Sequence record: SRR20825010_5550
Strand: one strand, 5' to 3'
Length of the DNA stretch: 37,070 nt
Below the pieces are notes generated by a model that saw only the letters and a list, made by a program, of their open reading frames with translations, was not told the DNA's origin and ran no database searches. A program made the translations under genes and the position numbers. Below are positions 27,903 through 37,070 of this stretch, piece by piece. Position 1 is the stretch's first letter; each line of letters starts with the position of its first letter.

Positions 27903-28361
27903 ATGAAAATTAATTGGGGAACCGGAATTGTACTAGCCTTCATAGGATTTATAAGTTTTATTCTATTTTTTGTAGTTCGAATGAGCATGGACAATAGGGC
28001 CAATCACGATTTGGTAATCGAAAATTACTATGGAGCTGAATTGGGATATCAAAATGAAATTGATGCACAAAATAATGCCAGGACCAAAGAAGTAGACCTT
28101 AGCTTGGAAACAACCGATAAAGGCATAAAATTGGTCTTTCCAAATAACTTGATTACAGAAAACATTAAAGGTACAGTGTCCCTTTACAGACCATCTAACA
28201 AGCACTTGGATTTTGACTTACCTATAAGTCTATCCCAAGACTATTTGCTCATACCTGACAATCGTTTGTTGGATGGTCGCTGGGACATTAAAGTATCATG
28301 GAAATACAATGATGAAACCTATTTGTTTAAGAAAAAAATTACCTATCACCAAGGTAAATAA
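27903..28361 (+). CDS. ccoH: FixH/CcoH family protein
   Basis: NWGTGIV TM anchor, LVIENYY and LYRPSN; follows ccoG. Confidence 0.8.
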   Translation: MKINWGTGIVLAFIGFISFILFFVVRMSMDNRANHDLVIENYYGAELGYQNEIDAQNNARTKEVDLSLETTDKGIKLVFPNNLITENIKGTVSLYRPSNKHLDFDLPISLSQDYLLIPDNRLLDGRWDIKVSWKYNDETYLFKKKITYHQGK

Positions 28362-28398
28362 GGAATGTAAATATCAAAAGGGTCAAAACCTTTAAACT

Positions 28399-29100
28399 AT
28401 GTTGTTATCTGCCGTAATTTTGGGTCTAATGGGAAGCTTTCACTGTGTTGGAATGTGCGGTCCCATTGCCTTTATGTTGCCTGTAGATCATAACAAACCG
28501 GCCAAAAAACTATTCCAGGTCTTTCTTTATCATATAGGCAGGCTTACCTCCTACAGTCTAATAGGCCTCATTTTTGGCTTTTTGGGCAAAGGGCTTTATG
28601 TCTTTGGCCTACAGCAGAGACTTTCTATAATTATTGGAGTCCTGATGATCATCATCATCCTTATTCCCTACAAAACTTTTGGCAAATACAATTTCTCCCA
28701 ACCCATTTATTCCTTCTTGACCAAAATAAAAAGTAGACTTGGGAAGGAATTGCAAAAAAAGAGTCCGGATACCTTTCTATCCATTGGCTTTCTAAACGGA
28801 TTACTGCCCTGCGGATTGGTATATATGGCCGTTTTCGGGAGTATTGCCACTGCCAACCCTTGGCTTGGCGCATTGTTCATGGCCCTATTTGGACTAGGCA
28901 CTATCCCATTAATGACCACTGCCGTATACTTTGGCAGTATGTTAAAAGGCTCGGCCAAAAAATCAGTGCAGCGATTGATCCCGGTATTCGTAATCCTCGT
29001 AGGATTACTCTTTATATTAAGGGGAATGGGACTAGGTATTCCCTATATTTCGCCCGCACCTGTCATGCAGGTTGTAGACAGCACCCTTGAGTGCCATTAA
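28399..29100 (+). CDS. DsbD_2 / TauE-SafE-like membrane protein (cbb3 assembly associated)
   Basis: GSFHCVGMCGP, YHIGR, GLLPCGLVY and FGLGTIP. Confidence 0.85.
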   Translation: MLLSAVILGLMGSFHCVGMCGPIAFMLPVDHNKPAKKLFQVFLYHIGRLTSYSLIGLIFGFLGKGLYVFGLQQRLSIIIGVLMIIIILIPYKTFGKYNFSQPIYSFLTKIKSRLGKELQKKSPDTFLSIGFLNGLLPCGLVYMAVFGSIATANPWLGALFMALFGLGTIPLMTTAVYFGSMLKGSAKKSVQRLIPVFVILVGLLFILRGMGLGIPYISPAPVMQVVDSTLECH

Positions 29101-29242
29101 TTTTCAATTCCACCAGCCTTTTAAACTTGCTGTGTAGCTAAAAATAATGTAAATTTCAAGTATCTAGGGATTTAGCTTTCGCAAGTATTCCCTGTCCATT
29201 TTATTGCATAGTGCTTATTCAACCAACCTTTAACATTCTCCT

Positions 29243-30112
29243 ATGAAGAAAATCATACTTCTATGTTTCCTCCTTTTAAATTGGACGCTATCATTTTCAC
29301 AGAACGAAAAAATAAACGTCATCGTTTTTGGCGCACATCCCGATGATTGCGATATAGACACTGGAGGTACGGCAATTTTACTGGCCAAGATGGGGCACAA
29401 TGTAAAATTTGTTTCCCTGACTAACGGTGATGCAGGCCATTATGCCATGGGCGGTGGGGAGCTCGCCAAAGTAAGGATAGCCGAGGCCAAGGAAGCTGGT
29501 CAAAGATTTGGAGTAGAATATACGGTTTTGGACAACCACGATGGGGAATTAATGCCTACTTTGGAAAATCGACTTAAGGTGATACGTGAAATCAGAAAAT
29601 GGAATGCCGATGTGGTCATTGCCCCCAGACCCAATGACTATCATCCGGACCACAGGTATACAGGGGTTTTGGTACAGGACGCCGCCTATATGGTAATAGT
29701 TCCCAATGTTGCGCCTGAAGTACCCCCATTACAAAAAAATCCGGTCTTTCTTTACTCGGAAGATAGTTTTCAAAAACCCAGCCCGTTCGAACCGGATATT
29801 GCCGTGATCATCGATAGTGTTTTTGATCAAAAGGTGTATGCCATGTCGGCACACGAATCACAATTCTTTGAATGGCTTCCATGGACAGCCGGAAATTTGG
29901 ACAAGGTGCCCAAGGATGATCAGGGCAGATTGGAAATGTTGGCCAATTGGAGATCAAAACCTCCCAAGGAGGATCTCCTGAAATGTGCAGAAAAATGGTA
30001 CGGGACCAAAGCTTACAGCGCTAAACATATAGAGGGTTTTGAAATATGTGAGTACGGCAAACAACCCACAGATGAAGAGATCAGGACACTTTTCCCCATG
30101 CTCCAAAAATAA
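29243..30112 (+). CDS. Secreted PIG-L/LmbE family N-deacetylase
   Basis: Signal peptide; AHPDD, TNGDAG and YHPDH metal-binding motifs. Confidence 0.88.
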   Translation: MKKIILLCFLLLNWTLSFSQNEKINVIVFGAHPDDCDIDTGGTAILLAKMGHNVKFVSLTNGDAGHYAMGGGELAKVRIAEAKEAGQRFGVEYTVLDNHDGELMPTLENRLKVIREIRKWNADVVIAPRPNDYHPDHRYTGVLVQDAAYMVIVPNVAPEVPPLQKNPVFLYSEDSFQKPSPFEPDIAVIIDSVFDQKVYAMSAHESQFFEWLPWTAGNLDKVPKDDQGRLEMLANWRSKPPKEDLLKCAEKWYGTKAYSAKHIEGFEICEYGKQPTDEEIRTLFPMLQK

Positions 30113-30140
30113 TCCCATTTAAGATAAAAGTCATTAGTGC

Positions 30141-31208
30141 CTAATCCAGAATTTTCTTGGCATTTTCACTATATATTTTCTTCAAAACCTCATCGCTAAG
30201 GCCCAGCCCATTGAACGACCAATGATAGGATGATATATTCTTGTCATAAAAATGTTCATCCTCGCTTTCAAGAATGCGAAAGGTTAATTCGTACATTTCA
30301 GGGTCGGTACCCATATCGGTTCCATAGACCAATTTATCCTGATACTTTTCGTAAAAACGTTTCGTATATCGCGGAACAGCCGCTGTTTCCGCATACCTCG
30401 CCGAAATATCGGCATACATATTATCATAGGTCCCCAAAAGTCTCCCTATAATATCCAGATCATAGCTACAATTGGCAAAGTGACAGGCAATAAAAGTGGT
30501 TTTTGGATTTTGCTTAACGGCATTTTCCAAGGTAGTAATTAATTCTGCATGTGTTAATAGTCCTTCCCTTGTAGTATCTATTCTCCATTTGTAGGCATTC
30601 ATCAGCCCATCATTATGGACATCCATTGGTTGGTACATCCACATAGGATCTGCCACATGTATACTTACCGGCATACCCAATTCACCACATTTTTCCCATA
30701 AAGGCTTCATCCTATCATCATCCGCATGCATCCCTTCTGCCGGTGTTGGCTTGGAGTAAAAAAAACCAAAGCCTTTATCGCCCAGTTCCCCAACGCCCCT
30801 TGCTCCCATCTTATAACATCTTTCCAACTCCTTTACGGCACGTTTGCTCCAGCCTTTTTCTTCATAACCGGTAAAATCGAAGCCGCACCAAAGCTCAAAA
30901 CGGTCTCCGTATTTGGAATAAAGATTAACGATACTGTCAAAGGACTTCCCCGTCTGATACGTGAGTATGATTGATTTAGCAACCCCTGTCCGGTCCATTG
31001 TTTTAACCCATTCGGCTATTTGCTGTTCCGACTTTGGATAGGGATGCGAGTGAAAATCCACCGCAGGATATTTAGCTTTGGACACCTTGGTACTAGGTGT
31101 ATTATAAATGGACACTGGATCGTAATCCTTAAGTAGAATATCTTCCTGCGCTTTTACAGTAGTAAAAATAAAAGTAACGCATAAAAAAATGGAGTAGCAA
31201 TTTTTCAT
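30141..31208 (-). CDS. Secreted amidohydrolase (Amidohydro_2 family)
   Basis: Signal peptide from MKNCYS...VKA (upstream starts are possible); DFHSH, GVGE, IHVAD, ACH and YGTD motifs. Confidence 0.85.
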   Translation of the reverse strand: MKNCYSIFLCVTFIFTTVKAQEDILLKDYDPVSIYNTPSTKVSKAKYPAVDFHSHPYPKSEQQIAEWVKTMDRTGVAKSIILTYQTGKSFDSIVNLYSKYGDRFELWCGFDFTGYEEKGWSKRAVKELERCYKMGARGVGELGDKGFGFFYSKPTPAEGMHADDDRMKPLWEKCGELGMPVSIHVADPMWMYQPMDVHNDGLMNAYKWRIDTTREGLLTHAELITTLENAVKQNPKTTFIACHFANCSYDLDIIGRLLGTYDNMYADISARYAETAAVPRYTKRFYEKYQDKLVYGTDMGTDPEMYELTFRILESEDEHFYDKNISSYHWSFNGLGLSDEVLKKIYSENAKKILD

Positions 31209-31358
31209 ATCGAGTTTCATAGAAATTAGACCATAACGGTTATCCATGTCTCTCAAATATAACAATTTAAATGTAACTTATAACACGCAATTTAGCCTAT
31301 CCATGGCCTTGACAATGTGGTTGAATTAGGTTGTTGGCCGTATTGATCTCCAAGCCTG

Positions 31359-32180
31359 CTAAATTTTAAAAGTGATAACAGGTATTTTGGAATGATTGGT
31401 CACATCCTCCCCTATACTACCCATTAAAAAGTGGCTCAGGCCTTTTCTACCATGAGTGGGCAATCCTATTAAATCGGCATTCCTACTTTCGCTAAAAGCA
31501 AGTATTCCCCTTTCCACACTGTAGTCGTTATAAATCTCGACTTCCAAACTCGCTTTGGCCAAATGCAGAAACTTATTAATTTTCTTAAATGCATCCTTTG
31601 TGCTCAGAAAATTATCTCCAGGAGTATTGATATTTACCAAAATCAATTCAGCGCCAAGCTTATCCGCCAAATTCTTGGCCCTTTGAAAGGGTTCCAAATT
31701 TTCCTCCTCAAAATCACAGGCCAAAACAAATCTCTTTACCTCAAAACCTTCAATATAATCCTTTATTACCAAAACGGGAACATTGGAGTTTCTAACCATT
31801 TTCTCAGCATTGGAACCTACAAAGATTTCTTTGATTCCATCGGTTCCCCGAGAGCCCATAACTATAAGATCTGCCTGATGCTTTTCCGCAACCGCATTAA
31901 CTTCACTATACACTTTATGGTGCTTAACTATAGGTGTAACCTTGATTCCCTTTAGGTATGGCTTTTCCAAAAATGTTTCAAACCTTTTTTCTGCCAATTT
32001 TATCAAGAAAACGGCTTGCTCATAATGTGCCTGCTCATTGGAGGAAACAAGAGCCTCTGACAATTCCAGCATATGCAGGACAAAAATCTCGGATCCGTAT
32101 TTTGTAGCGATGGAAGCGGCCGTTTTTAGTGCATTTTCGGATTGTTCCGAAAAATCGACGGGTACAATAATTTTTTTCAT
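31359..32180 (-). CDS. Universal stress protein (tandem USP domains)
   Basis: KKIIVPVDFS, VMGSRGTDGIKEIFVGSNAE and THGRKGLSHFLMGSI. Confidence 0.93.
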   Translation of the reverse strand: MKKIIVPVDFSEQSENALKTAASIATKYGSEIFVLHMLELSEALVSSNEQAHYEQAVFLIKLAEKRFETFLEKPYLKGIKVTPIVKHHKVYSEVNAVAEKHQADLIVMGSRGTDGIKEIFVGSNAEKMVRNSNVPVLVIKDYIEGFEVKRFVLACDFEEENLEPFQRAKNLADKLGAELILVNINTPGDNFLSTKDAFKKINKFLHLAKASLEVEIYNDYSVERGILAFSESRNADLIGLPTHGRKGLSHFLMGSIGEDVTNHSKIPVITFKI

Positions 32181-32233
32181 AGATTTATTTTTACTGATTT
32201 ATTATCAAGAGGTTAAAAAATGGTCCAGTGCAC

Positions 32234-33595
32234 TTAAATAGTCATCGAAAACAATCTGGTTTCCGGTGCCTTGCGGTGCAGGAACAAATCGAACGCCATA
32301 CACACATTGCGTACAAAAGGCCTTCCTTTTTCGGTAACATAAATACCATTGGAAACAAATTCGACAAGACCATCCAGAGCCATTTCCTTTAGTTTTTCCC
32401 GGACCTCATCCAATTCGTTGAACCTTTCATTTTGATTCTCCCAGCTAGTCTTAAATTTACACATTAAATTTAAGATATGCTTACGAATAACCCTGTCTTC
32501 TTCGGTTAAAATGTGTCCTCTATAAACAGGTATAATATTACTTTCCACCAGATGGTGATACTCTTCCAGACTTTTTACATTTTGCGCAAAACTATCCCAA
32601 CTATCACTTATACTGGAAATCCCCAAACCTACCATAACCCTGGTCTTGGAGGCTGTATACCCCATAAAGTTCCTGTGCAAGGTTCCATTCTCCATAGCTT
32701 TGAAAAGCGAATCCGATTTTAGTGAAAAATGATCCATTCCTATTTCCGAATAACCTACTTCTGCCAATAATTTCTTGCCCATCTCATACTGCTCACGCTT
32801 CTCCTCCGCAGATGGTAAATCGGAATCCTTATACCCTCTCTGTCCATTTCCCTTTAACCAAGGAACATGGGCATAACTATAGAATGCCAAACGGTCCGGC
32901 ATTAATTGTTTGGTCTTTAAAATAGTTTCGGCAACATCTTCCTTTGTTTGAAAGGGCAAGCCAAAAATAATATCATGGCCCACGGAAGTATATCCTATTT
33001 CCCTGGCCCATTGGGTAACATTTTGTACATTTTCAAAAGGCTGCCACCTATGAATGGCAAGCTGTACCTTTTCGTTATAATCCTGAACCCCATAACTCAC
33101 CCTTCTAAATCCAACATCATAAAGCGCTTTTAAATGTTCTTTGGTGGTGTTATTGGGATGTCCTTCAAAACTAAACTCGTAATTCTCCGCACGGGTGGCT
33201 GTGGCAAAAATACCATTGATAAGCCTTGTTAAATTTTCCGGAGAGAAGAAAGTTGGGGTTCCTCCCCCCAAATGAAGCTCCTTTATTCTTGGTTTTGTTT
33301 CAAATAAATCACAATAAAGTTTCCACTCTGTGAGGACGTCGCTGATATATGGATTTTCAACTTCATGTCGTTTGGTAATTCTTTTATGACACCCACAAAA
33401 AGTACAGAGACTTTCACAGAAGGGCAAGTGGATATATAGACTTATACCTTCGTCCCCATTGCTTTCATTAAAATTTTTGATCAAAGTATTTTGCCATTGC
33501 CGGCCAGAAAAGGATTCCAAATCCCAATAGGGCACCGTAGGGTAACTGGTATATCTGGGACCGGGGATATTGTATTTTTGAACTAAATTGGTCAT
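32234..33595 (-). CDS. hemN: Oxygen-independent coproporphyrinogen III oxidase
   Basis: PGPRYTSYPT, YIHLPFCESLCTFCGC (radical SAM), GGGTP, GMDHF and RNFMGY. Confidence 0.96.
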   Translation of the reverse strand: MTNLVQKYNIPGPRYTSYPTVPYWDLESFSGRQWQNTLIKNFNESNGDEGISLYIHLPFCESLCTFCGCHKRITKRHEVENPYISDVLTEWKLYCDLFETKPRIKELHLGGGTPTFFSPENLTRLINGIFATATRAENYEFSFEGHPNNTTKEHLKALYDVGFRRVSYGVQDYNEKVQLAIHRWQPFENVQNVTQWAREIGYTSVGHDIIFGLPFQTKEDVAETILKTKQLMPDRLAFYSYAHVPWLKGNGQRGYKDSDLPSAEEKREQYEMGKKLLAEVGYSEIGMDHFSLKSDSLFKAMENGTLHRNFMGYTASKTRVMVGLGISSISDSWDSFAQNVKSLEEYHHLVESNIIPVYRGHILTEEDRVIRKHILNLMCKFKTSWENQNERFNELDEVREKLKEMALDGLVEFVSNGIYVTEKGRPFVRNVCMAFDLFLHRKAPETRLFSMTI

Positions 33596-33620
33596 AAGCT
33601 ATTGTTGTATGCAATAGCCA

Positions 33621-33663
33621 CAAAAATACCATGACGCGGCCTTTAAAAATATGACACTTATCA
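33621..33663 (-). promoter_or_regulatory. Fnr-type box plus -7 promoter element for hemN-usp
   Basis: TGACACTTATCA at 33652-33663 and TATTTTTG (minus strand) at 33628-33621; 23-nt spacer. Confidence 0.8.
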
Positions 33664-33859
33664 GGTTTCACTATCGTCCAATAACTATGGCCAAGGATTC
33701 CTGACCATTTAATTGCCAAAATAATGATTCTTTGAAACCTGCTTTAATTTAAATAATCGTTAAAAACAGTACAATTAGAAACTAATTTTTTAAATAATCC
33801 GTTCTAGAAGCCCCTTTATGATAAAAACTATATTTTTGTAAACTTAAAAATAACCAATT

Positions 33860-34750
33860 ATGACATTACTTTTAATGGCGGCCGGTAGTGGAAGCCGATA
33901 TGGCAAACTGAAACAATTTGATGACTTGGGCCCGAAAGACGAGTTCCTAATGGAATTCAGTATTTATGACGCTCTGAAAAACGGTTTTGACCACATAGTT
34001 GCCATTACAAAAAAGGAAAATGTAGATTTCTTAAAGGAACATTTATCCAGCAGATTACCTAAACACGTTAAACTCGATGTTTTGGCACAGGAAGTAAACG
34101 ACCTTCCTGAAGGGGTAACCTTTACCGGTGAAAGAGCTAAACCATGGGGCACGGCACATGCAGTTTGGACTGCAAGGAATGTAATTGACAGACCATTCGC
34201 TATAATTAATGCGGATGATTATTACGGCAAAAGTGCTTTTGAAAGTGCTGCCGACTTTATTAAGAACAATGGTAACAAAGAGACATTTGGTCTTATTGCC
34301 TATATACTAAAAAACACTCTATCCGAGCATGGATCGGTTTCTAGGGGAGTTTGTAAATCGGAGGGGGGAAAATTGACTTCCATACACGAGCATACCAAAA
34401 TAGAAGCCCAGGACAATGTTATAATTGATTCCGATTCGGGCACCCAATTTACAGGGGAAGAATTGGTCAGCATGAACTTCTGGGTTTGTCAGCCTTCCAT
34501 ATTTCCGTTTATCACGGAGTACCTTAAAGACTTTATCGGAAATAAGGAGAATCATGCCAAAGGGGAAATATACCTACCTTTCGCCATAAAGGAAATGATT
34601 GCCAAAAATCTGATAGATGTAGATGTAATTCCTTCAGCAAGTCAATGGTTTGGAGTTACCTACGCCAGCGATAAAGATATGGCAGTTTCAGAATTACAGC
34701 GTATGACAGACAATAATGGGTATACCTCTCCTCTTTGGGACAATGTTTAG
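33860..34750 (+). CDS. Sugar-1-phosphate nucleotidyltransferase
   Basis: LMAAGSGSRYG..KQ, KPWGTAHA and INADDYYG. Confidence 0.88.
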   Translation: MTLLLMAAGSGSRYGKLKQFDDLGPKDEFLMEFSIYDALKNGFDHIVAITKKENVDFLKEHLSSRLPKHVKLDVLAQEVNDLPEGVTFTGERAKPWGTAHAVWTARNVIDRPFAIINADDYYGKSAFESAADFIKNNGNKETFGLIAYILKNTLSEHGSVSRGVCKSEGGKLTSIHEHTKIEAQDNVIIDSDSGTQFTGEELVSMNFWVCQPSIFPFITEYLKDFIGNKENHAKGEIYLPFAIKEMIAKNLIDVDVIPSASQWFGVTYASDKDMAVSELQRMTDNNGYTSPLWDNV

Positions 34751-34762
34751 AACAGCTTTCCC

Positions 34763-35836
34763 ATGATTAAAAATAAAAATGCTGAGCTTAACGAGCTGTT
34801 GAAAAACTTCTCTATAGATAGGAAAACCTATGAGTTCCAAGGAATAAACCAGGGTTATATCAATGACACTTATTTAGTCTTGGACAATCATTACCCATTG
34901 TACATTCTTCAAAGGGTAAACCACAATGTCTTTAAGGACGTACATGGTCTTATGGGCAATATTGCCAACGCATTTCAACATTTACAGGACCAAAATTACA
35001 CGGCAATAGAACTCTTAAAAACAGAATCGGACAATTCTTATTTTAAGGACGAAAAAACGGGATATTGGAGATTGATGACCTATATCAACAACACTACCGC
35101 CTATGACAATGCCACAGATACGGACATTGCTTTCGAGGCCGGCAGGGTGGTGGGAAAATTCCATCAACTTCTGGCAGAGGCTCCCTTGGACAATTACGTG
35201 GATACCATTCCGCAGTTCCATAATCTCCCATTAAGGGAAAAGCAATTTGAGGAATCCCTTGGATCTGCGAAAACAGAAAAATTGGAAACGGCCAAAAAGG
35301 CTATAAGCTTTGCCAAAGAAACCTTGGAAAAATTGAAAATTTTGGACAATTCCAAGTTGCCTTTACGGGTTTGTCACAATGACACCAAATTAAACAATAT
35401 CCTTTTCTCCAAAGAAGACAGTAAGGCCCTTTGCCTTATAGACCTGGACACGATTATGAAGGGGTATTTTTACTTTGATTTTGGTGATGCCATAAGAACC
35501 GTTGCCAATACAGCTGCCGAAGACGAACAGGATCATAGTAAAATTACTTTTGAAAGAACTTTGTTCGAAGCCTTCATTAAGGGCCTGGATAGTAACGGTC
35601 CATTTTTATACAAAGAAGAAATAGACCTACTGGCCTGGGGAGCAGTATTTATGCCCTTCATCCACGGTTTAAGAGCCCTTACGGATTATTTGAACGACAA
35701 TATCTATTACAAGGTATCATACGAAAACCAGAATTTGGACCGCTGTTTAAGCTTGTTCGATTTTTCAAATAAAGCCCTTCAAGAAATAGGGTATATGACC
35801 CAAGTAATAAAAAAGGGACTAACACCTAAGGTTTAA
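34763..35836 (+). CDS. APH-fold phosphotransferase, N-acetylhexosamine 1-kinase-like
   Basis: GYINDTY, YILQRVN, HNDTKLNN, IDLDT, DFGDAIR and LTDYL..YYK. Confidence 0.82.
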   Translation: MIKNKNAELNELLKNFSIDRKTYEFQGINQGYINDTYLVLDNHYPLYILQRVNHNVFKDVHGLMGNIANAFQHLQDQNYTAIELLKTESDNSYFKDEKTGYWRLMTYINNTTAYDNATDTDIAFEAGRVVGKFHQLLAEAPLDNYVDTIPQFHNLPLREKQFEESLGSAKTEKLETAKKAISFAKETLEKLKILDNSKLPLRVCHNDTKLNNILFSKEDSKALCLIDLDTIMKGYFYFDFGDAIRTVANTAAEDEQDHSKITFERTLFEAFIKGLDSNGPFLYKEEIDLLAWGAVFMPFIHGLRALTDYLNDNIYYKVSYENQNLDRCLSLFDFSNKALQEIGYMTQVIKKGLTPKV

Positions 35837-35860
35837 TTTTTTGTTGGATGAAGGAGGCGA

Positions 35861-36877
35861 TTAAACCCTCTTGGTAGAATCCCTAACAATTAGGCTGGTT
35901 TTAATCACCTTGGTGGTGCTATCCATATATTCCTTGCTCTCTATCCTTTCAATAAGGACCTTGGCCGCCGTTTCCCCTATATAAGTACCGTGCTGACTTA
36001 CCGCAGTAAGAGCCGGACTTACGTAGCGCGATAATTTGCCATTGGTAAACCCAATAACGGAAATGTCTTCCGGCACTCTATACCCCCTAGCCTTGATCAG
36101 TCTCAGGACCTCCACCGCCGTAATTTCATCCAAAGCCATTATACCCTCAATAGACTTATAATTTAACAAAAAAGTCAACAGAACTTCCAGATCGTCCTCC
36201 TTGCCCAGCCTTAATATTAATTTATCATCAAAGGGAATATTAGCCTCTTCCAAGGCTTTCCTATATCCTTCCACCCTCAATTTACCCACGCTGGAATGAT
36301 CAATAGCGGTAACCAGGGCAACCGTTCTGCAACCGATATTTATAAAATATTTGGTGGTCTTATAACCCGCCTCAAAATCATCGACCACTACCTTGTCACA
36401 TATAATTCCATCCGAAACCCTATCAAACATAACCAAAGGAATTTGCTCGTCCAGAATATTTTGAAAATGTTCCAGTTTGTTCTTAAACTGTGTTTCTTCC
36501 GCCATGGAAACTATCAATCCGTCAACCGTTCCGCCTCCTAGAAATTCAAGCGTTGCCACTTCCTTTTCATAGGATTCGTCGCTGATACAGCTAAGTAGAA
36601 TATACCCGCGTTCGTTAGCTACTTTTTCAATCCCTGAAAATACCTGTGTAAAAAAATAATTGAGAATATTGGGCACCACAACTCCTATGGTCTTGGTCTT
36701 CCGCTGCAATAAACTAAGGGCCACTTTATTTGGCCTGTATTTATTGTCCTTGGCAAACTGCTGTATTTTAGCCTTTAGTCCATCACTAATTTCATGGCTA
36801 TCGTTGATGGCCTTGGAAACCGTTGAAATGGAAACACCAAAATATTGGGCAATCTCCTTTAGGGTTATTTTTTTCAT
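35861..36877 (-). CDS. LacI family transcriptional regulator
   Basis: ITLKEIAQYFGVSISTVSKAIN, YRPN, PLVMFDR and VPEDISVIGF. Confidence 0.95.
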   Translation of the reverse strand: MKKITLKEIAQYFGVSISTVSKAINDSHEISDGLKAKIQQFAKDNKYRPNKVALSLLQRKTKTIGVVVPNILNYFFTQVFSGIEKVANERGYILLSCISDESYEKEVATLEFLGGGTVDGLIVSMAEETQFKNKLEHFQNILDEQIPLVMFDRVSDGIICDKVVVDDFEAGYKTTKYFINIGCRTVALVTAIDHSSVGKLRVEGYRKALEEANIPFDDKLILRLGKEDDLEVLLTFLLNYKSIEGIMALDEITAVEVLRLIKARGYRVPEDISVIGFTNGKLSRYVSPALTAVSQHGTYIGETAAKVLIERIESKEYMDSTTKVIKTSLIVRDSTKRV

Positions 36878-36980
36878 GGATCTACAATATAGCCCAAATT
36901 AGGGTAAGGCCAACCAAAGATCAGTACAACTTAACTAACCCTGGCCAATATTTTTAATCAAAAATATTCGCTAGCGATTC

Positions 36981-37029
36981 CTCCGTCTTTGCTTTGGCGA
37001 AGCCACCTCCCTTTATCCAAAGGGAGGAG
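36981..37029. repeat. GC-rich double-hairpin, REP-like extragenic element
   Basis: CTTTGC-TTTG-GCGAAG followed by a perfect CCTCCCTTT-ATCC-AAAGGGAGG stem (37006-37027) in AT-rich surroundings; only one copy in this window. Confidence 0.4.
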
Positions 37030-37070
37030 CCCGTTATCACTACAATATTTAGTTTTCTATAAAATTACTT

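Noticed and set aside
32195-32207. TGAT-TTATT-ATCA upstream of the second usp as a fifth Fnr box
   Set aside because: Spacer is 5 nt rather than 4, and it is too close to the start codon to fit the 23-nt geometry.
34763-35836. Aminoglycoside resistance gene
   Set aside because: Shares only the APH fold; motifs and linkage to a nucleotidyltransferase point to a sugar kinase.
1-37070. CRISPR arrays, tRNA/rRNA genes, IS elements, prophage or defence genes
   Set aside because: No regularly spaced repeats, cloverleafs, transposase, integrase or phage-like ORFs were seen.

Overview
Chromosomal window from a Bacteroidota genome, most likely Flavobacteriaceae (inferred from TAnnTTTG-type promoters, absence of Shine-Dalgarno motifs, a CcoN-CcoO fusion and a long urocanase). 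It holds three main blocks. (1) A LysR-associated histidine utilisation locus (hutH-hutI-hutU ... hutG) split by a three-gene cassette: SAM methyltransferase, a TMTC-like GT-C membrane protein with TPRs, and a polyprenol-phosphate sugar synthase-like GT2. hmgA follows, then a candidate ~115-nt structured small RNA and an NrtR-type regulator. (2) A microaerobic respiration region: usp, Crp/Fnr regulator, ccoI, ccoS-ccoNO-ccoQ-ccoP-ccoG-ccoH, a DsbD_2/TauE-like gene, usp and hemN. It is interrupted by a PVC-type CxxCH heme lipoprotein gene and by a secreted deacetylase/amidohydrolase pair. Four TGAY-N4-RTCA boxes sit exactly 23 nt from the -7 element of five promoters. (3) A nucleotidyltransferase, a NahK/AmgK-like sugar kinase and a LacI regulator. 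No tRNA, rRNA, CRISPR array, transposase or integrase was seen. The strongest leads are the putative bacterial TMTC-type glycosylation module, the candidate sRNA and the Fnr-type regulon geometry. All calls come from reading motifs by eye; no database search was run.
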